A stretch of 64,000 bases of DNA from Naegleria gruberi (lineage: Eukaryota), in the NCBI GenBank assembly GCA_000004985.1, contig GG738854.1; one strand, 5' to 3'. How positions within the stretch are numbered: the first letter of the stretch is position 1; each line of letters begins with the position of its first letter. The notes beneath the pieces were generated by a model. That model had not been told where the DNA came from. It saw nothing but the letters and a program-made list of their open reading frames with translations, and ran no database searches. The position numbers and the translations under genes are program-made. This document shows positions 21,596 to 32,451 of this stretch, piece after piece.

Positions 21596-22525
21596 TTAAT
21601 TAATAAGTTCAATTACAGTGTTTTCTTGCAAATTCGAAACCAAAGGTTGCAAACAAACAATACATGGCAAATGATCCGATGCATTTTCCTTATACTCACT
21701 CAATACCTTACTCGAAATCAATTTAAACTGATCCTTTCTTCCAAAAATGTGATCATAACTTCCCCACAATGAAAATGGGCCTTTCAGTGGCCAATACCAA
21801 GTTGTTTGATTTTCAATAAAATCATGGAATTTCATTTCTTTGAGGAGGGAGGCATAGTTAGATTGGAATATTCCAGATTGACTTGTTTCGTTGAAATCTC
21901 CTAAAATGATGAGTGGATAGGAACATTTTTGTAATGCTTGTTTCGTATAACTCTCAACTTCATTTCGTCTTACTGAAACGGTTTGATAGAGAAAGGCACT
22001 AATATGTTGTAAATTTCCACCTTCGAATGAGAGAGGAGGTCTCAAATGTAAATTCAATACTTGATAATTAACAGAATCTTCAAGTTTCGAATTCTTTCTT
22101 GTCACAATAATATGCATGGCATCAAAATAACTTCCCTCCACATTACTACTCAACATTTCCACATCCAAATTGAGATTAGCTTTAGCCATCACTCCAGTTC
22201 CACTTGCTAAATAAACATTCGTCTTGGAATGATCCCAAACTTGATTTGGATATTGAGTAGAAAGTGTTGTACTATTCGAAACTGCAATTTCCCACCCAAC
22301 ATGAGTCTCCTGTAAACAAATCAAATCAACATTATCCACATTCTCCTTCATGGCTTGTAAAACTCGTTGACCATTATACGAAAGTGCTCCATCATAATTA
22401 ACACCACCAAAATTCACATTAAACGACATGATTCGAAGAATAGGAAGAGATTTCCGTGATTCTATTAAATCATTTAAAATAGACTGTGGGTTGCGTAATG
22501 ATGTATTGTTTGGAGGTAACGACAT
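21596..22525 (-). CDS. Endonuclease/exonuclease/phosphatase (EEP) family protein.
   Basis: N-terminal catalytic motif LICLQETHV and C-terminal SDHLP motif. ATG after an A-run. Confidence 0.7.
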   Translation of the reverse strand: MSLPPNNTSLRNPQSILNDLIESRKSLPILRIMSFNVNFGGVNYDGALSYNGQRVLQAMKENVDNVDLICLQETHVGWEIAVSNSTTLSTQYPNQVWDHSKTNVYLASGTGVMAKANLNLDVEMLSSNVEGSYFDAMHIIVTRKNSKLEDSVNYQVLNLHLRPPLSFEGGNLQHISAFLYQTVSVRRNEVESYTKQALQKCSYPLIILGDFNETSQSGIFQSNYASLLKEMKFHDFIENQTTWYWPLKGPFSLWGSYDHIFGRKDQFKLISSKVLSEYKENASDHLPCIVCLQPLVSNLQENTVIELIN

Positions 22526-22703
22526 TTTTTTTTTGTAAATTTGTGAGTGTTGAACTTTTGTTCGAAAGTAATGAATGAAAATTAGTAAAGAACTGTGAAC
22601 TTTTGATGACGTAAAAGTAATCGTTGCAAACTAAACGATTCAACTTATTATTATTCAGATATGAATCTGTACATCCAATATTATTTAGTCTTCTCTTTCT
22701 CAT

Positions 22704-24623
22704 TTACCATTTTTTACTTTCACAAATTGAATCGACAATTGGGTGAATTTGGATGAGGAATTCGCTCAATTGCTCATTAAAAGATCCACTTCGCATACTA
22801 CCCATTGCAGCAGCAATTCTGTTTTTCATGAGAGTTGGAGCGAATTCTGATGGATTCTCTAAGGCACATTCAATTGCCATCTTGAATAAGGAAAAATTCT
22901 TCTGAGTACTATCGGTATGTATAATATCCAACAAGATTCTAAAAATGTTATCCTCTGTAATTGCCAACAACTTTTTGTGAATAGCTCTCACATGCACTGG
23001 TAAGGCAATCTTGGGGGAGAATAAACTTGAGAAGCATAAGGGAGTATGAGCTGCCTCTTTGACAATGCTTGGAGATGTTGCAAGATTTTCATACTCTTCC
23101 TCTTTCATCTCTACAAATAATGGATAGAGTGCTTCAAAAACTAACATGCAATCACTTGGTTTATAGATCCACTTTGCTTGTCTGCATGCTTCACCAACTC
23201 TTTGAATAAGGTAGAAAAGAGGATTGGAAGATTTGTAAACTATTTGGAAAATATCACAAATTGGTAAAAAGTGCCTTCTCATCTTTTTCAATGATTGCAC
23301 TATTGAATGGCTCTTCTTTTTGAAATCCGCCATTGATAAGCTGGTATCAATAAACAAGTGCACCGGAGAGAAATTCAAATAGTCACTTTTCAATTGTGAA
23401 AGAAAATTTTTGTTTTTCTGAATATCCATAATAATATCCACAATTTCAATCCTAACATTCTGTATGGAACTGATTAAAAAATCATTACTGCTACAACAAA
23501 TTTGTGTGATATTGGAGAGCTTAGAGTTCTTGGTTAAAAACTCTTTCAAAACACTTGGAGATTCGATTGATTGAAGAACCTTTGCAGAGCCAATTGGGAT
23601 TTCTTCCTCAAGATAAATAATTTTGCTAATTTGGTCTGGATCAAATCCGCATTCCTTGATATATTGGAATTTGTCTGAAATGTTAGAATAATATTTTCTA
23701 TCAGATGCTAAAAGAGGATACCTCCTTAATTGCTTTTGTAAAAACTTCAAGAATCGTCTCCATTCCACCTGTGTTGGTGCTTCATTGGAGGGCTCTTGTT
23801 GGGGCTCTTTTTTTTTCAAACGTTCTCTTTTGATCCATGGTGAGAATGCTAAACTTGGCTGTGAGAGGAACGCTTGGTAGAACCAAACTGGCTCATATCT
23901 AGATCTCAATACTGCCGAATAAACAGGTTCACTAAGAATGTATTGACTAGCTGGTAATACTTGTATCATGTTGGATGAAACTCTTGAATTGGAGAGAACA
24001 AGATCAGGATTTCTAATGCATTGATAGAGTCCTTCCCAAATCAATTTGACAACCAACAAATCATAACAATCATCTATTAAAAAGGAATAAAATGTTTTCT
24101 TTGAAACTCTAATAAGATTGTAAAATTCGCTAACAATTTCATCAATAATCAATTGTCTCATAAACAAGCTCTCTGCAAAAATAGCACGAGAGCTTGCTAA
24201 ATACTTGAATTCTCCATGCTTGGTTCCAAAGTAATGATATCCATTTGTATTTTCCTTTATCCAAGCAACAATCCTTTGATTGGAAAACAAACTATGCAAC
24301 ACTTGACTCAACACCATTGTTGACTTTCTCCTATCGTTGAAATCAATACTCGCTCCACTTGTAATCTTTTCAAAATGTGAATAAAAAGGAAAAATGTAAT
24401 CCATCACTTGTAGCAACACTTCAAAGGATAATTCATTAAAACGAGTCTTGATCTTTTTCTTGATCAGAATTGGCGTGTTTGTATTTTTCGATTTACTTTC
24501 TTTTTCATCATCGGAATTAATTTCCAATAATTCCTCATCTTTATAAAATTCATCATCACCATCATCACTACTGTAGCCTTCCAATTCTTCAAGCAAGGAG
24601 GTTGCTGATACGCCTTTCACCAT
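22704..24623 (-). CDS. Hypothetical protein of about 640 aa with an acidic N-terminal region.
   Basis: Long uninterrupted ORF. The first ATG (MVKGVSATSLLEELEGY) follows aaaaaaaa. No recognisable domain. Confidence 0.6.
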   Translation of the reverse strand: MVKGVSATSLLEELEGYSSDDGDDEFYKDEELLEINSDDEKESKSKNTNTPILIKKKIKTRFNELSFEVLLQVMDYIFPFYSHFEKITSGASIDFNDRRKSTMVLSQVLHSLFSNQRIVAWIKENTNGYHYFGTKHGEFKYLASSRAIFAESLFMRQLIIDEIVSEFYNLIRVSKKTFYSFLIDDCYDLLVVKLIWEGLYQCIRNPDLVLSNSRVSSNMIQVLPASQYILSEPVYSAVLRSRYEPVWFYQAFLSQPSLAFSPWIKRERLKKKEPQQEPSNEAPTQVEWRRFLKFLQKQLRRYPLLASDRKYYSNISDKFQYIKECGFDPDQISKIIYLEEEIPIGSAKVLQSIESPSVLKEFLTKNSKLSNITQICCSSNDFLISSIQNVRIEIVDIIMDIQKNKNFLSQLKSDYLNFSPVHLFIDTSLSMADFKKKSHSIVQSLKKMRRHFLPICDIFQIVYKSSNPLFYLIQRVGEACRQAKWIYKPSDCMLVFEALYPLFVEMKEEEYENLATSPSIVKEAAHTPLCFSSLFSPKIALPVHVRAIHKKLLAITEDNIFRILLDIIHTDSTQKNFSLFKMAIECALENPSEFAPTLMKNRIAAAMGSMRSGSFNEQLSEFLIQIHPIVDSICESKKW

Positions 24624-24708
24624 TTTTTTTAATAAATTTAAATTTGTAAAAAGATTACAAAAATTCAAGTTTGAAATTGAACTAAAAATTACTTATGTTT
24701 AGTGTGAT

Positions 24709-25533
24709 TTAGTTTATAAAGTTAAAGAAAACATCTGTATATTGGGTGTTGGCTCTCAGGTTGACAGAGATTTTCATCTTTTTCTTTTCCATCTTTTCCA
24801 AAACTTTGGAAATTACTAAATTAAATTCTTCTTGCACATCATCTTTCAATATATAATGCTTTGCATTTCGATAATTTGCCCCAAACTTCAACAATAATTC
24901 AATCATTTCTTCATCTTTAAGTTCAAATGCACGATACAAGGCAGTAATCATCGAATGATCATTAAATTGGTCAACCTTAGCCCCCTTCTCTAATAAATAT
25001 TGAGCTACATTATAATGTCCATTTTCTACAGCAACATAGAGTGGATACTTTTCACAATCATAATGCCCCCTTGATGGTATACAGTAACAATCTAGATTCA
25101 CACTAAATTTTTCAAAATACCACCAAATTATCCCAAAATATCCTTTTTGAAGTGGTTTCATGATAGGAGCAATGAATTCACCATATCTACCACCACGATT
25201 CCTTGGAGAAACAATGTCAATGTGTGGCAAGATTAATTTAACAATTTCCAAATGATTCATTTCACATGCCAAATACAGACATTCAGATAATCGCTTCTCC
25301 TTGATTTTTCCATTAAATAATTCGTCTTTATTATTCAATAATTCATCCAATAATAATTTAAATATTGATAAAAATCCATATTTCGATGCCAATTCCAGTC
25401 CAACAATTACATCTTGATGAAAATCTGACAATTTAATTGCATTCTCATGATAATCATGAATAAAATTCCAAACTCCGACACTGTCTCCTGTTGAAATAAG
25501 TTTGAAAAACTCTTCCCTTGCCAATGTTTCCAT
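24709..25533 (-). CDS. Ankyrin-repeat protein.
   Basis: ANK repeats: LYLACEMNHLEIVKLILPH, PLYVAVENGHYNVAQYLLEKGAKVDQ, ALYRAFELKDEEMIELLLKFGANY. ATG (METLAREE) after an A-run. Confidence 0.75.
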   Translation of the reverse strand: METLAREEFFKLISTGDSVGVWNFIHDYHENAIKLSDFHQDVIVGLELASKYGFLSIFKLLLDELLNNKDELFNGKIKEKRLSECLYLACEMNHLEIVKLILPHIDIVSPRNRGGRYGEFIAPIMKPLQKGYFGIIWWYFEKFSVNLDCYCIPSRGHYDCEKYPLYVAVENGHYNVAQYLLEKGAKVDQFNDHSMITALYRAFELKDEEMIELLLKFGANYRNAKHYILKDDVQEEFNLVISKVLEKMEKKKMKISVNLRANTQYTDVFFNFIN

Positions 25534-25647
25534 TTTTTTTGACAATGTTTACCAGTCTGCATATCCAACACAATGAATGTTACACTGATGTCAAAGAAGT
25601 TCAGAGGAACATACCTGTCAAATGCCTTTGACATCATCATAGACTCC

Positions 25648-26340
25648 TCTACTAGTGTTCTAGGCTACTTTTCAGGCAAAAGACATTTTAGGCTATTATT
25701 TGATGGACAAAAGTTCTTGGTGTTGCCTTGTATGTATTAATAACACCGAACAAATACACGTTCCATTATTTTCCACCATTAAGAAAAAATATTTCAGCCC
25801 AAACACACATTGGGAACACTTTGGTGATTTTCAGAGTGATTTCACCCCATGAATCCACCAAACTTTCACATCATCATCTCAACATCATCCTAATAGTATT
25901 ACTGGTAGTATTTTTTATTATTGGATTGTGATTATAAATTTGGAATTTAATTTTCACTTGGGAAAAATTCAAGTTGGTAAACCATCATCGGAACAACTTC
26001 CAACCATCATCATTGTTATTTATCATCATTATAATAGTAATATTTGTGGAAATAAATCTGATAATAGTAATATTTTAGTGAAATTCAATATTTTCACTAA
26101 AATCATCATCACTGCCAGATTCATATGGTAATTTGGAAAACTTTCAATCTAGTATTGTTCAGCATGGTCGATTCCATCAGGTAAAATCACTTCCGAACAT
26201 TTTCCTATTGGTTATCATCATGATAGGTTCATGTATATTTTCAACATGTACATGGACCATAACTCAACATGTACTTCACCAACTTGGAAAATGTCTTTCA
26301 TAACTACTATTCAAATACATAATAAACAATATATTTATTA
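25648..26340. repeat. Dispersed non-coding repeat, copy A. Identical to the sequence at 63401..64000 and related to the interior of the TIR element at 46372..47784.
   Basis: 25691..26300 matches 63401..64000 base for base (checked over several lines). It contains (CATCAT)n-like tracts. The ORFs over it (25728..25931, 25928..26131) are rejected as spurious. Confidence 0.8.
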
Positions 26341-27340
26341 TCAGTTTTTCATCATTTTGTTGTTTTACCAACTTCGGAATATTCATGATAACATATCATG
26401 ATTCATGCCAAAAGTACATAGCCAAACTTCTTGAAACATTAATAAACTGTTATTAGTATTATTGTAGATGTACCATATCAAATATTTCGTTTTATTTCGA
26501 TGAGATCATAAAGATCTTAAATTTCTCTCTAAACATGCAAGTTCTCAGCCTAACCAGATGTTCACCATGTCAAAACATCAAAATAATAAATTTCATTGTA
26601 CTTTTGTATCACACATTAATTTATTGTGTTAAATTCATTGAATTGGAGATTTTAAATTTTTAAAAACTAATCTGTGATTATTTACCAATTAAATATACTT
26701 CTTTAATACTTGATAATTCATAAAATCCTAGTAGATATTGAATAGGTTCATAAAACAAGATATTACACATAATGGCTCTAAATTCATGCTAATAGAGCTT
26801 GTTTAATGAGACTTATCATATTAATGATATTTCCTACCTTAACAGATAAGTGTTGTCTAATTGGATTCTATTTGTGCAAGGCCTAATTCCATCCCTAATA
26901 TAGCAGACTTTTAGGGATGGATAATTTTAATGGAATCTATCCTAGAAGTATTTTTCGCCTGGAAGGTTCATACCAACGAATTTAACTGCCTGGGTCTTCA
27001 TGCGAGTTTTTATCGCCTATAACAACTAGTTCGGCTTCAGACATTCTCTCCTCGGTTGTTGGTCTAAATGACTACTCAGTATATGTGTTAAATTAATTAA
27101 GGAATTGGATGAAGTATATTAAGCCAAGAAATTTCATGAACCAAACAGCTTGGGATCTCACTAACATTTAAAGTCAACCTGGAAACTTGTTCAGCCTCTC
27201 ATTAACCTCAAACCTTACTCAATGCACACAATTCACAATCGGCTGCAATTCAAGTAATACTTGTTTAGTAAAATATTAACTCCGACACTATCTCCTCTAA
27301 TCGACTACAATGTAAATTCAATGAAAAGATTGAAAAAGCT

Positions 27341-28024
27341 TTATTTCTTTCCACAGAAAGTAAACTTTCCTTTAAGACATTCTTCAAGTTTTTCCCTATC
27401 ATCATATTCAAAACTATTCTTACATGAATTATTTTCCCAAATACGTTTTTCAGCCCAAGTTCCATTACAAGAAACAGTAAAACTTTCAGATCCAACTGAA
27501 ATACAAGTATTCAAAGGAGTTCCAGAAATTGACTTGACTGAATCATCTTTACAATCACTCTTTCCATTAATAACTGAATGCTTGATAGTCCACAACATTG
27601 GTGGATAATCACCAATATTGAAGGCACCACATTCCACTCTATAAGGATGATAAGGAGCAGTAGCTTGACACTCATTGGTAGAAATTACATTATCAGCATT
27701 AGTTAAACAATGTGAACAATTGGTATTGCAGGAAGTTTTATAGATTACTCTGACCTTATCTGAAGAAATTTGAGTACAGTGAGCAATTTCATAACCATAA
27801 TTGACTGGATCACTTGTCGGAACACAGACATTAGTTTTATCGAAAGAAACTGATTCGATATTGGTGTTGTCATTACATGATTTACCTTGTGAGTAGAATC
27901 TATATTTGATGAATTGGTTTTCTTGATGAGAGTAACAGATGGCAATGGCCAAGACGGAAAGAAGCAAGAGGATTGTGTTGAATTTCATTTGTGTGTAATT
28001 TTTTTTAACAATTTTGTTTCGCAT
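27341..28024 (-). CDS. Secreted Cys-rich protein, hypothetical.
   Basis: Signal peptide MKFNTILLLLSVLAIAICYS, followed by many regularly spaced Cys residues. Confidence 0.6.
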   Translation of the reverse strand: MRNKIVKKNYTQMKFNTILLLLSVLAIAICYSHQENQFIKYRFYSQGKSCNDNTNIESVSFDKTNVCVPTSDPVNYGYEIAHCTQISSDKVRVIYKTSCNTNCSHCLTNADNVISTNECQATAPYHPYRVECGAFNIGDYPPMLWTIKHSVINGKSDCKDDSVKSISGTPLNTCISVGSESFTVSCNGTWAEKRIWENNSCKNSFEYDDREKLEECLKGKFTFCGKK

Positions 28025-28332
28025 AAACTATTGGAAATGGCATGAGCTGTTAGAACATTGCTTTTTTGATTGTAAACCTTTCCATCGTGTGTAGTGGAAA
28101 GTCAATATTCTCGGCGAACTGTTAATTATTGTGTTACTTTTTACAATTGCTCGTTTCCTAATATTCTTCACGACTTTACAAATTTTTCTTGGTAGATTAA
28201 AAAAGACTGAGATTAAAGGTATCAAATGTTTAGGTTGCACAATTATGTTCTTAGAATTAGTTTGATTTTTATTCCCTTCAGCAGTTAACATAGTCAGTTC
28301 AGGCAGCCAAAAATCCAAGATAAAATTGCAAC

Positions 28333-28405
28333 CGCCCCACGTGGGGCTCGAACCCACGACCGTTGGATTAAAAGTCCAACGCTCTACCGACTGAGCTAGC
28401 GGGGC
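28333..28405 (-). tRNA. tRNA-Lys(UUU).
   Basis: GCCCCGC-TA-GCTC-AGTCGGTA-GAGC-G-TTGGA-CTTTTAA-TCCAA-CGGTC-GTGGG-TTCGAGC-CCCAC-GTGGGGC-G. All stems pair, with one G-U pair in the acceptor stem. The ORF 28028..28423 translates this tRNA and is spurious. Confidence 0.9.
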
Positions 28406-28711
28406 TGCTCGACAATAATCCAAGGTGGGTCAATTTACAGGAATAGCTCACCAACAAAGGTCCAAGAAATGATTCTATTGAATTTTTGAATTTTTAACAT
28501 TAAAAAAATTACTATCCTCATATTACCTACAACACAACAAGAAATGTGTTACCTTAGATTATCACAATATGAATGAACTATTATTGTAAAAGAACATTAT
28601 CGAACATCCGAGCATCAAATACAGATATAAATCCTTTCTGTTCATATTCCTCCTGAGCCACAAAACATACACAAAAAAAACAAATCAACATTAGAAGGCT
28701 TTTTCATCACG

Positions 28712-30169
28712 ATGATGCAACAACAAGATACTAATTCAACAACAACAACAACAACAGAAGGAATGCTCGAGCTTCATGCAGAAGTTGATATTGTTAGAAA
28801 AGGGAGAAGATCAATTCCTTCCGAAATTTTGAGTTTAATCTTTAGTTATGCGATGGTGGATATAGTTGATGGAGAAATGATAAGAAAGGTTGGTGTATTG
28901 AGAGAGCTTGGTTCTGATTTTGTTGAGGCTATTGCAGACAATGTTAGACAATTGAATGTTGGATCCTTGTTGAGGTGTTATAAGGGAAACAAGTTGTCAG
29001 ATTATGCCTCCCACTTGTCAAGAAATATTGACAAGATTGTTCACATATTCCCAAAGCTTGAAAGATTGTTTCTTGATGGCTTGTCAGAATTGAAAGAGAA
29101 TCAATTGGAATACTTGCTAAATGAGTTGAATTTGAAGGAGATTTCAATTGTTGGATGTCCAATTAGTCAATTTAATTGTCCTGATATTGCTCAATTTGAA
29201 GTAATTACTGTTGATCAAGCTAATACAGAATTGAGATCGTCCCTATATAGACAAATATCCCTCTCCATTTACAATGGAAAGCCAAAAACTCGTGTTAAAG
29301 TGCCAGAAGGAATCAACTGCTTTCTCAAAACCCTCACTGGTACGGTATGTGAGCTAGAGCTGTCTTCAAGAGATACAGTCCATGATGTAAAAATGGTTTT
29401 CGAAGGATATTCTGGAGTTTATGCTGATAACCAACGTATGATATTTGCTGGGAAAAGATTGGCCGATGATAGGTGCTTGTACGAGTATGGTTGCACAAAT
29501 TCAGATTCAACCATTCATGTCGTATTGAGATTGTCTCAGGACTCTAATACTAAGATGCTTGACCTTCCAAATTATAACCAGATTAAATTCACTCCTCAAG
29601 AGGAATTGAAATCTTCCACTCTTTACGAACATGATGAGTTTAAAGTCTTGGAGTTGGACATTTTCAATGAGACCACGTGTGAAGTCTTAACAAAGGATAT
29701 TCTATATGAGAAAAAAGATGATTTTGACTATAACATTACCACTGTTTTGTCCAAGCCATTCAAGAGATATCTCAATACTACAGTCATTCCTTACCTTAAC
29801 AATTTGAGAAAGTTTGATAGGAAAATTCAAGAAGTGCAAGATATTTTCGTGGTTCACTACTCTCTCGAAGAGGATCAAGATTTAATCCTTCACACTGATC
29901 CTTCTTATATTACTTTGAATATTTGTGTTCATATATCGAACAATTTTACAGGAAATGAAATTGAGTTCATCACTCAAAACGAACAACAAGTGAGTGAGTT
30001 AGTGGAAAAGTGTGGATGTGGTCAGGATATTGATTCATCCATCAATTATACCTACAGAAGAGTTACACCAACAATCGGTAAAGCTTTAGTTCATCTTGGA
30101 AATCATCCTCACAAAACTCTCAACATTACCAGTGGCAATAGATTTAACATTATCTGTTGGTTGAAATAA
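28712..30169 (+). CDS. Multidomain protein: F-box-like N-terminus, a ubiquitin-like domain, and a C-terminal 2-oxoglutarate/Fe(II)-dioxygenase-like domain.
   Basis: F-box-like: IPSEILSLIFSYAMVD. Ubiquitin-like: VKVPEGINCFLKTLTGTVCELELSSRDTVHDVKMVFEGYSGVYADNQRMIFAGKRLADDRCLYEYGCTNSDSTIHVVLRL. Dioxygenase triad candidates: HTD (LILHTDPSY), a distal H (LVHLGNHPHK), and R (NRFNIICW). Confidence 0.65.
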   Translation: MMQQQDTNSTTTTTTEGMLELHAEVDIVRKGRRSIPSEILSLIFSYAMVDIVDGEMIRKVGVLRELGSDFVEAIADNVRQLNVGSLLRCYKGNKLSDYASHLSRNIDKIVHIFPKLERLFLDGLSELKENQLEYLLNELNLKEISIVGCPISQFNCPDIAQFEVITVDQANTELRSSLYRQISLSIYNGKPKTRVKVPEGINCFLKTLTGTVCELELSSRDTVHDVKMVFEGYSGVYADNQRMIFAGKRLADDRCLYEYGCTNSDSTIHVVLRLSQDSNTKMLDLPNYNQIKFTPQEELKSSTLYEHDEFKVLELDIFNETTCEVLTKDILYEKKDDFDYNITTVLSKPFKRYLNTTVIPYLNNLRKFDRKIQEVQDIFVVHYSLEEDQDLILHTDPSYITLNICVHISNNFTGNEIEFITQNEQQVSELVEKCGCGQDIDSSINYTYRRVTPTIGKALVHLGNHPHKTLNITSGNRFNIICWLK

Positions 30170-30297
30170 TTCTATTATGTACAATACATTGAATTTCAAA
30201 TGTTTTGTAATATTCCCTTAATATCTTAAAATATGCAAAAACACGTTTTTGGTTTTATTTTTAGAAAATTCACAAAACATAAAAAAATTTACACACA

Positions 30298-30707
30298 TGT
30301 TCAGCTACGTCAACGAGTTACTCTCATCAGTGGTGAATCTCTCATCAGCAGAGTCTGTTATGCCGGAATCAACTCCTGCAATCGTTAATGCAGCCAATTC
30401 ACTGATAAAAGATACCTTTGATGATGATCAAATAGAAATGGAAAGGAAGGGAAGAAGATTACAAGAGTGGACTTGTTTGCACTTGTGTAATTTTCTCTAT
30501 CGTTCGGAGAGTGGTGAAGAGTTATTGTTTGTGATTAGGAATTTAATGAAGGCTGATGTTCAGGTGAAGGAAATTTATTCAGCTATTCATGATGAAGAGG
30601 AAAAGAATAGATTGATGGATTTGGTGGGTGGAACCAGAAGTGAAATTGAATTGGTTTTGAAATTGGTAGGAAAGGAAATTGATAGAATTAATGAATTGTT
30701 ATTGTAA
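30298..30707 (+). CDS. Small hypothetical protein.
   Basis: ORF starting at ATG (MFSYVNELL). No recognisable domain. Confidence 0.4.
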
Positions 30708-30853
30708 AGTTGGTGTTTGGATTTGGAAGAGGAATGAAACTTTTAAATCAGCTCCATTACTTGGACTCAGAAATATGAAAATCAAAGATTATTGAAATGA
30801 TCTTTTAGATTTCGAATATAATTTACAAATGAAAGAAGAATTAAAACTGAACT

Positions 30854-31663
30854 TTACATCAAAATTGCTACTTCAATAATTTTATTGGGCAGCACTGAAT
30901 TGTTAGAATCCTTCTCACGTGAAATTTGAAAGAGTGCCCAACCATGTCTTGTTACAGATTGAGTTGATGCACTATTATTCGAATGTTGTTGCTGCTGTTG
31001 TTGTTGATTATTAGTTGAAATTGATTCAGAAATTGAAAGAGAATTAGTACTATTTTGATTATTATTCGCATTAGAAAGTGGTGCTGAACTAGTTGAATTA
31101 GCCACCACCGATTGACCACCATTCGTTTCATTTCCTTCAGAAACCATTGCAGAACTACCACTCTGTGATTGACTCATTGAAAAATTAATATAAACTCCAT
31201 TAGGCAAAACTGTAAATTTCAATCGATAGGCAAGTGTGAATTTGTGTGGAGTCAGAGCAGTGTACAACTCAATCGTTTGCATTAGTGTCAAATCTCTGTT
31301 CATCATATTTACAAAATGAATTTGTCCGCTCGGTGATAATTCCTTGAGTGAAAGTTTGTTTTTTGTTTTTTGTAAAAGATTTGAGATGGAGTGGGCGAAG
31401 GTTCCATTATTGACGATTTGGGACCATTTGGAAAGGTTTCTTGTTGGAAAGATGACTCTGGTTCGGCTTGTTAGTTTGGAGTTGTTATTGTTATTCACAA
31501 AAGTTATTGGAAAGGTTTCGGTTGGTGTGGAGAATGGAAGAGGCAAGTTAGATTGAATGGATGAAGTAGTGCATAAACCCTTTCGTCTAGGTTTATCAGT
31601 TTCTCGTGATTTACTGTTCAAGAATTGGGATTGCTTCTTTTCAGCATACTTTGAGAGTCTCAT
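30854..31663 (-). CDS. Low-complexity Asn/Gln/Ser-rich hypothetical protein.
   Basis: ORF with poly-Q (QQQQQQQ) and poly-N tracts. ATG after aagaATG. Confidence 0.5.
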   Translation of the reverse strand: MRLSKYAEKKQSQFLNSKSRETDKPRRKGLCTTSSIQSNLPLPFSTPTETFPITFVNNNNNSKLTSRTRVIFPTRNLSKWSQIVNNGTFAHSISNLLQKTKNKLSLKELSPSGQIHFVNMMNRDLTLMQTIELYTALTPHKFTLAYRLKFTVLPNGVYINFSMSQSQSGSSAMVSEGNETNGGQSVVANSTSSAPLSNANNNQNSTNSLSISESISTNNQQQQQQQHSNNSASTQSVTRHGWALFQISREKDSNNSVLPNKIIEVAILM

Positions 31664-32416
31664 TCTTAAAACTATTCGAAACCTAAAGATGAAGATTGCA
31701 AGTTATTGTTGTTGTATTGCTACCAAACAAGTTGGATCGTGTTGACTTGTTTTTTTTGTGTTCGACTTCTCTATCGTCTCTTATTACCCGAAAATGTAGA
31801 TTCGGTTACTAGTACACGAAACACAATAAGAAACTTAAAAAAACGATATGATGGATAGGTGTATTAGAATGAGTTTCAACTTGACATTTTGGAGCAAGAG
31901 ATTGGAGGGAAACTTACCTGCATGACTCTTTTGACAAGTGACTTTGAAAAATTTGCAGTGACAGGCAGATCAAAACGAAACCCCGAATTGGAAATTTGTA
32001 TTTTTCAAAAAATATTATAATTTTAAATAAGTTTTTGTATTAGAAATGCTGGGTAAATGTAGTGAGAGTGTTGATGAGATTCGTCCAATGTAGAATAAGT
32101 TAGACGAATGTCAGATAGATCTGGTATTAATATTATGGTTGACTGATTCGTTGCATTGCATTCGAACTGGAAAGTTAGATCAATACAACGTAACCTTGTT
32201 TTCACTAAAAAGAGATCTTGTTTTAAAAACAATGTTTCCAGTATACGAAACGTTTCTAATAAGAGATCTTGAACGAATCACTGTAAACAACATGAAAAAA
32301 TTAAGGCAAATCTACAGTTTTCATTCTAAAAATCTCTAATCAAAATGCATTCAATCAATTTCTTAAACAATTTATTAATAGTTTACAAATATAACTGGAA
32401 CTTTGAACAAAAGGTT

Positions 32417-32427
32417 TTTGGCGCGAA
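32417..32427. promoter_or_regulatory. E2F-like site TTTGGCGCGAA, 25 bp upstream of the ARH gene ATG.
   Basis: Exact match to the classic E2F palindrome core TTTGGCGCGAAA. It is an isolated GC island in an AT-rich promoter. Confidence 0.4.
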
Positions 32428-32451
32428 TTTGTCAAGTTCATCCCAAAAAAA

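Noticed and set aside
25728-26131. Two 67-aa ORFs duplicated exactly at 63428..63831.
   Set aside because: They lie inside the dispersed non-coding repeat. Their duplication reflects repeat copies, not conserved genes. Composition is low-complexity.
26885-26925. Perfect 10-bp hairpin CCATCCCTAA...TTAGGGATGG containing a single TTAGGG unit.
   Set aside because: A single telomere-like hexamer is not an interstitial telomeric repeat. No array is present. It is noted only as a possible small hairpin in the repeat-adjacent spacer.
28028-28423. ORF of 131 aa (MDYCRAAPLAQSVERWTFNPTVVGSSP...).
   Set aside because: It is a translation through the tRNA-Lys gene on the same strand. The AQSVERW...GSSP peptide is the classic tRNA-translation artefact. 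It is not a protein gene.
31900-32000. ACTTACCTG motif resembling the 5' end of U1 snRNA, followed about 90 nt later by AATTTGTATTTTT (Sm-like).
   Set aside because: The intervening sequence lacks the conserved U1 stem-loops. The motif is equally the antisense of a CAG|GTAAGT splice donor. There is not enough evidence for an snRNA gene.
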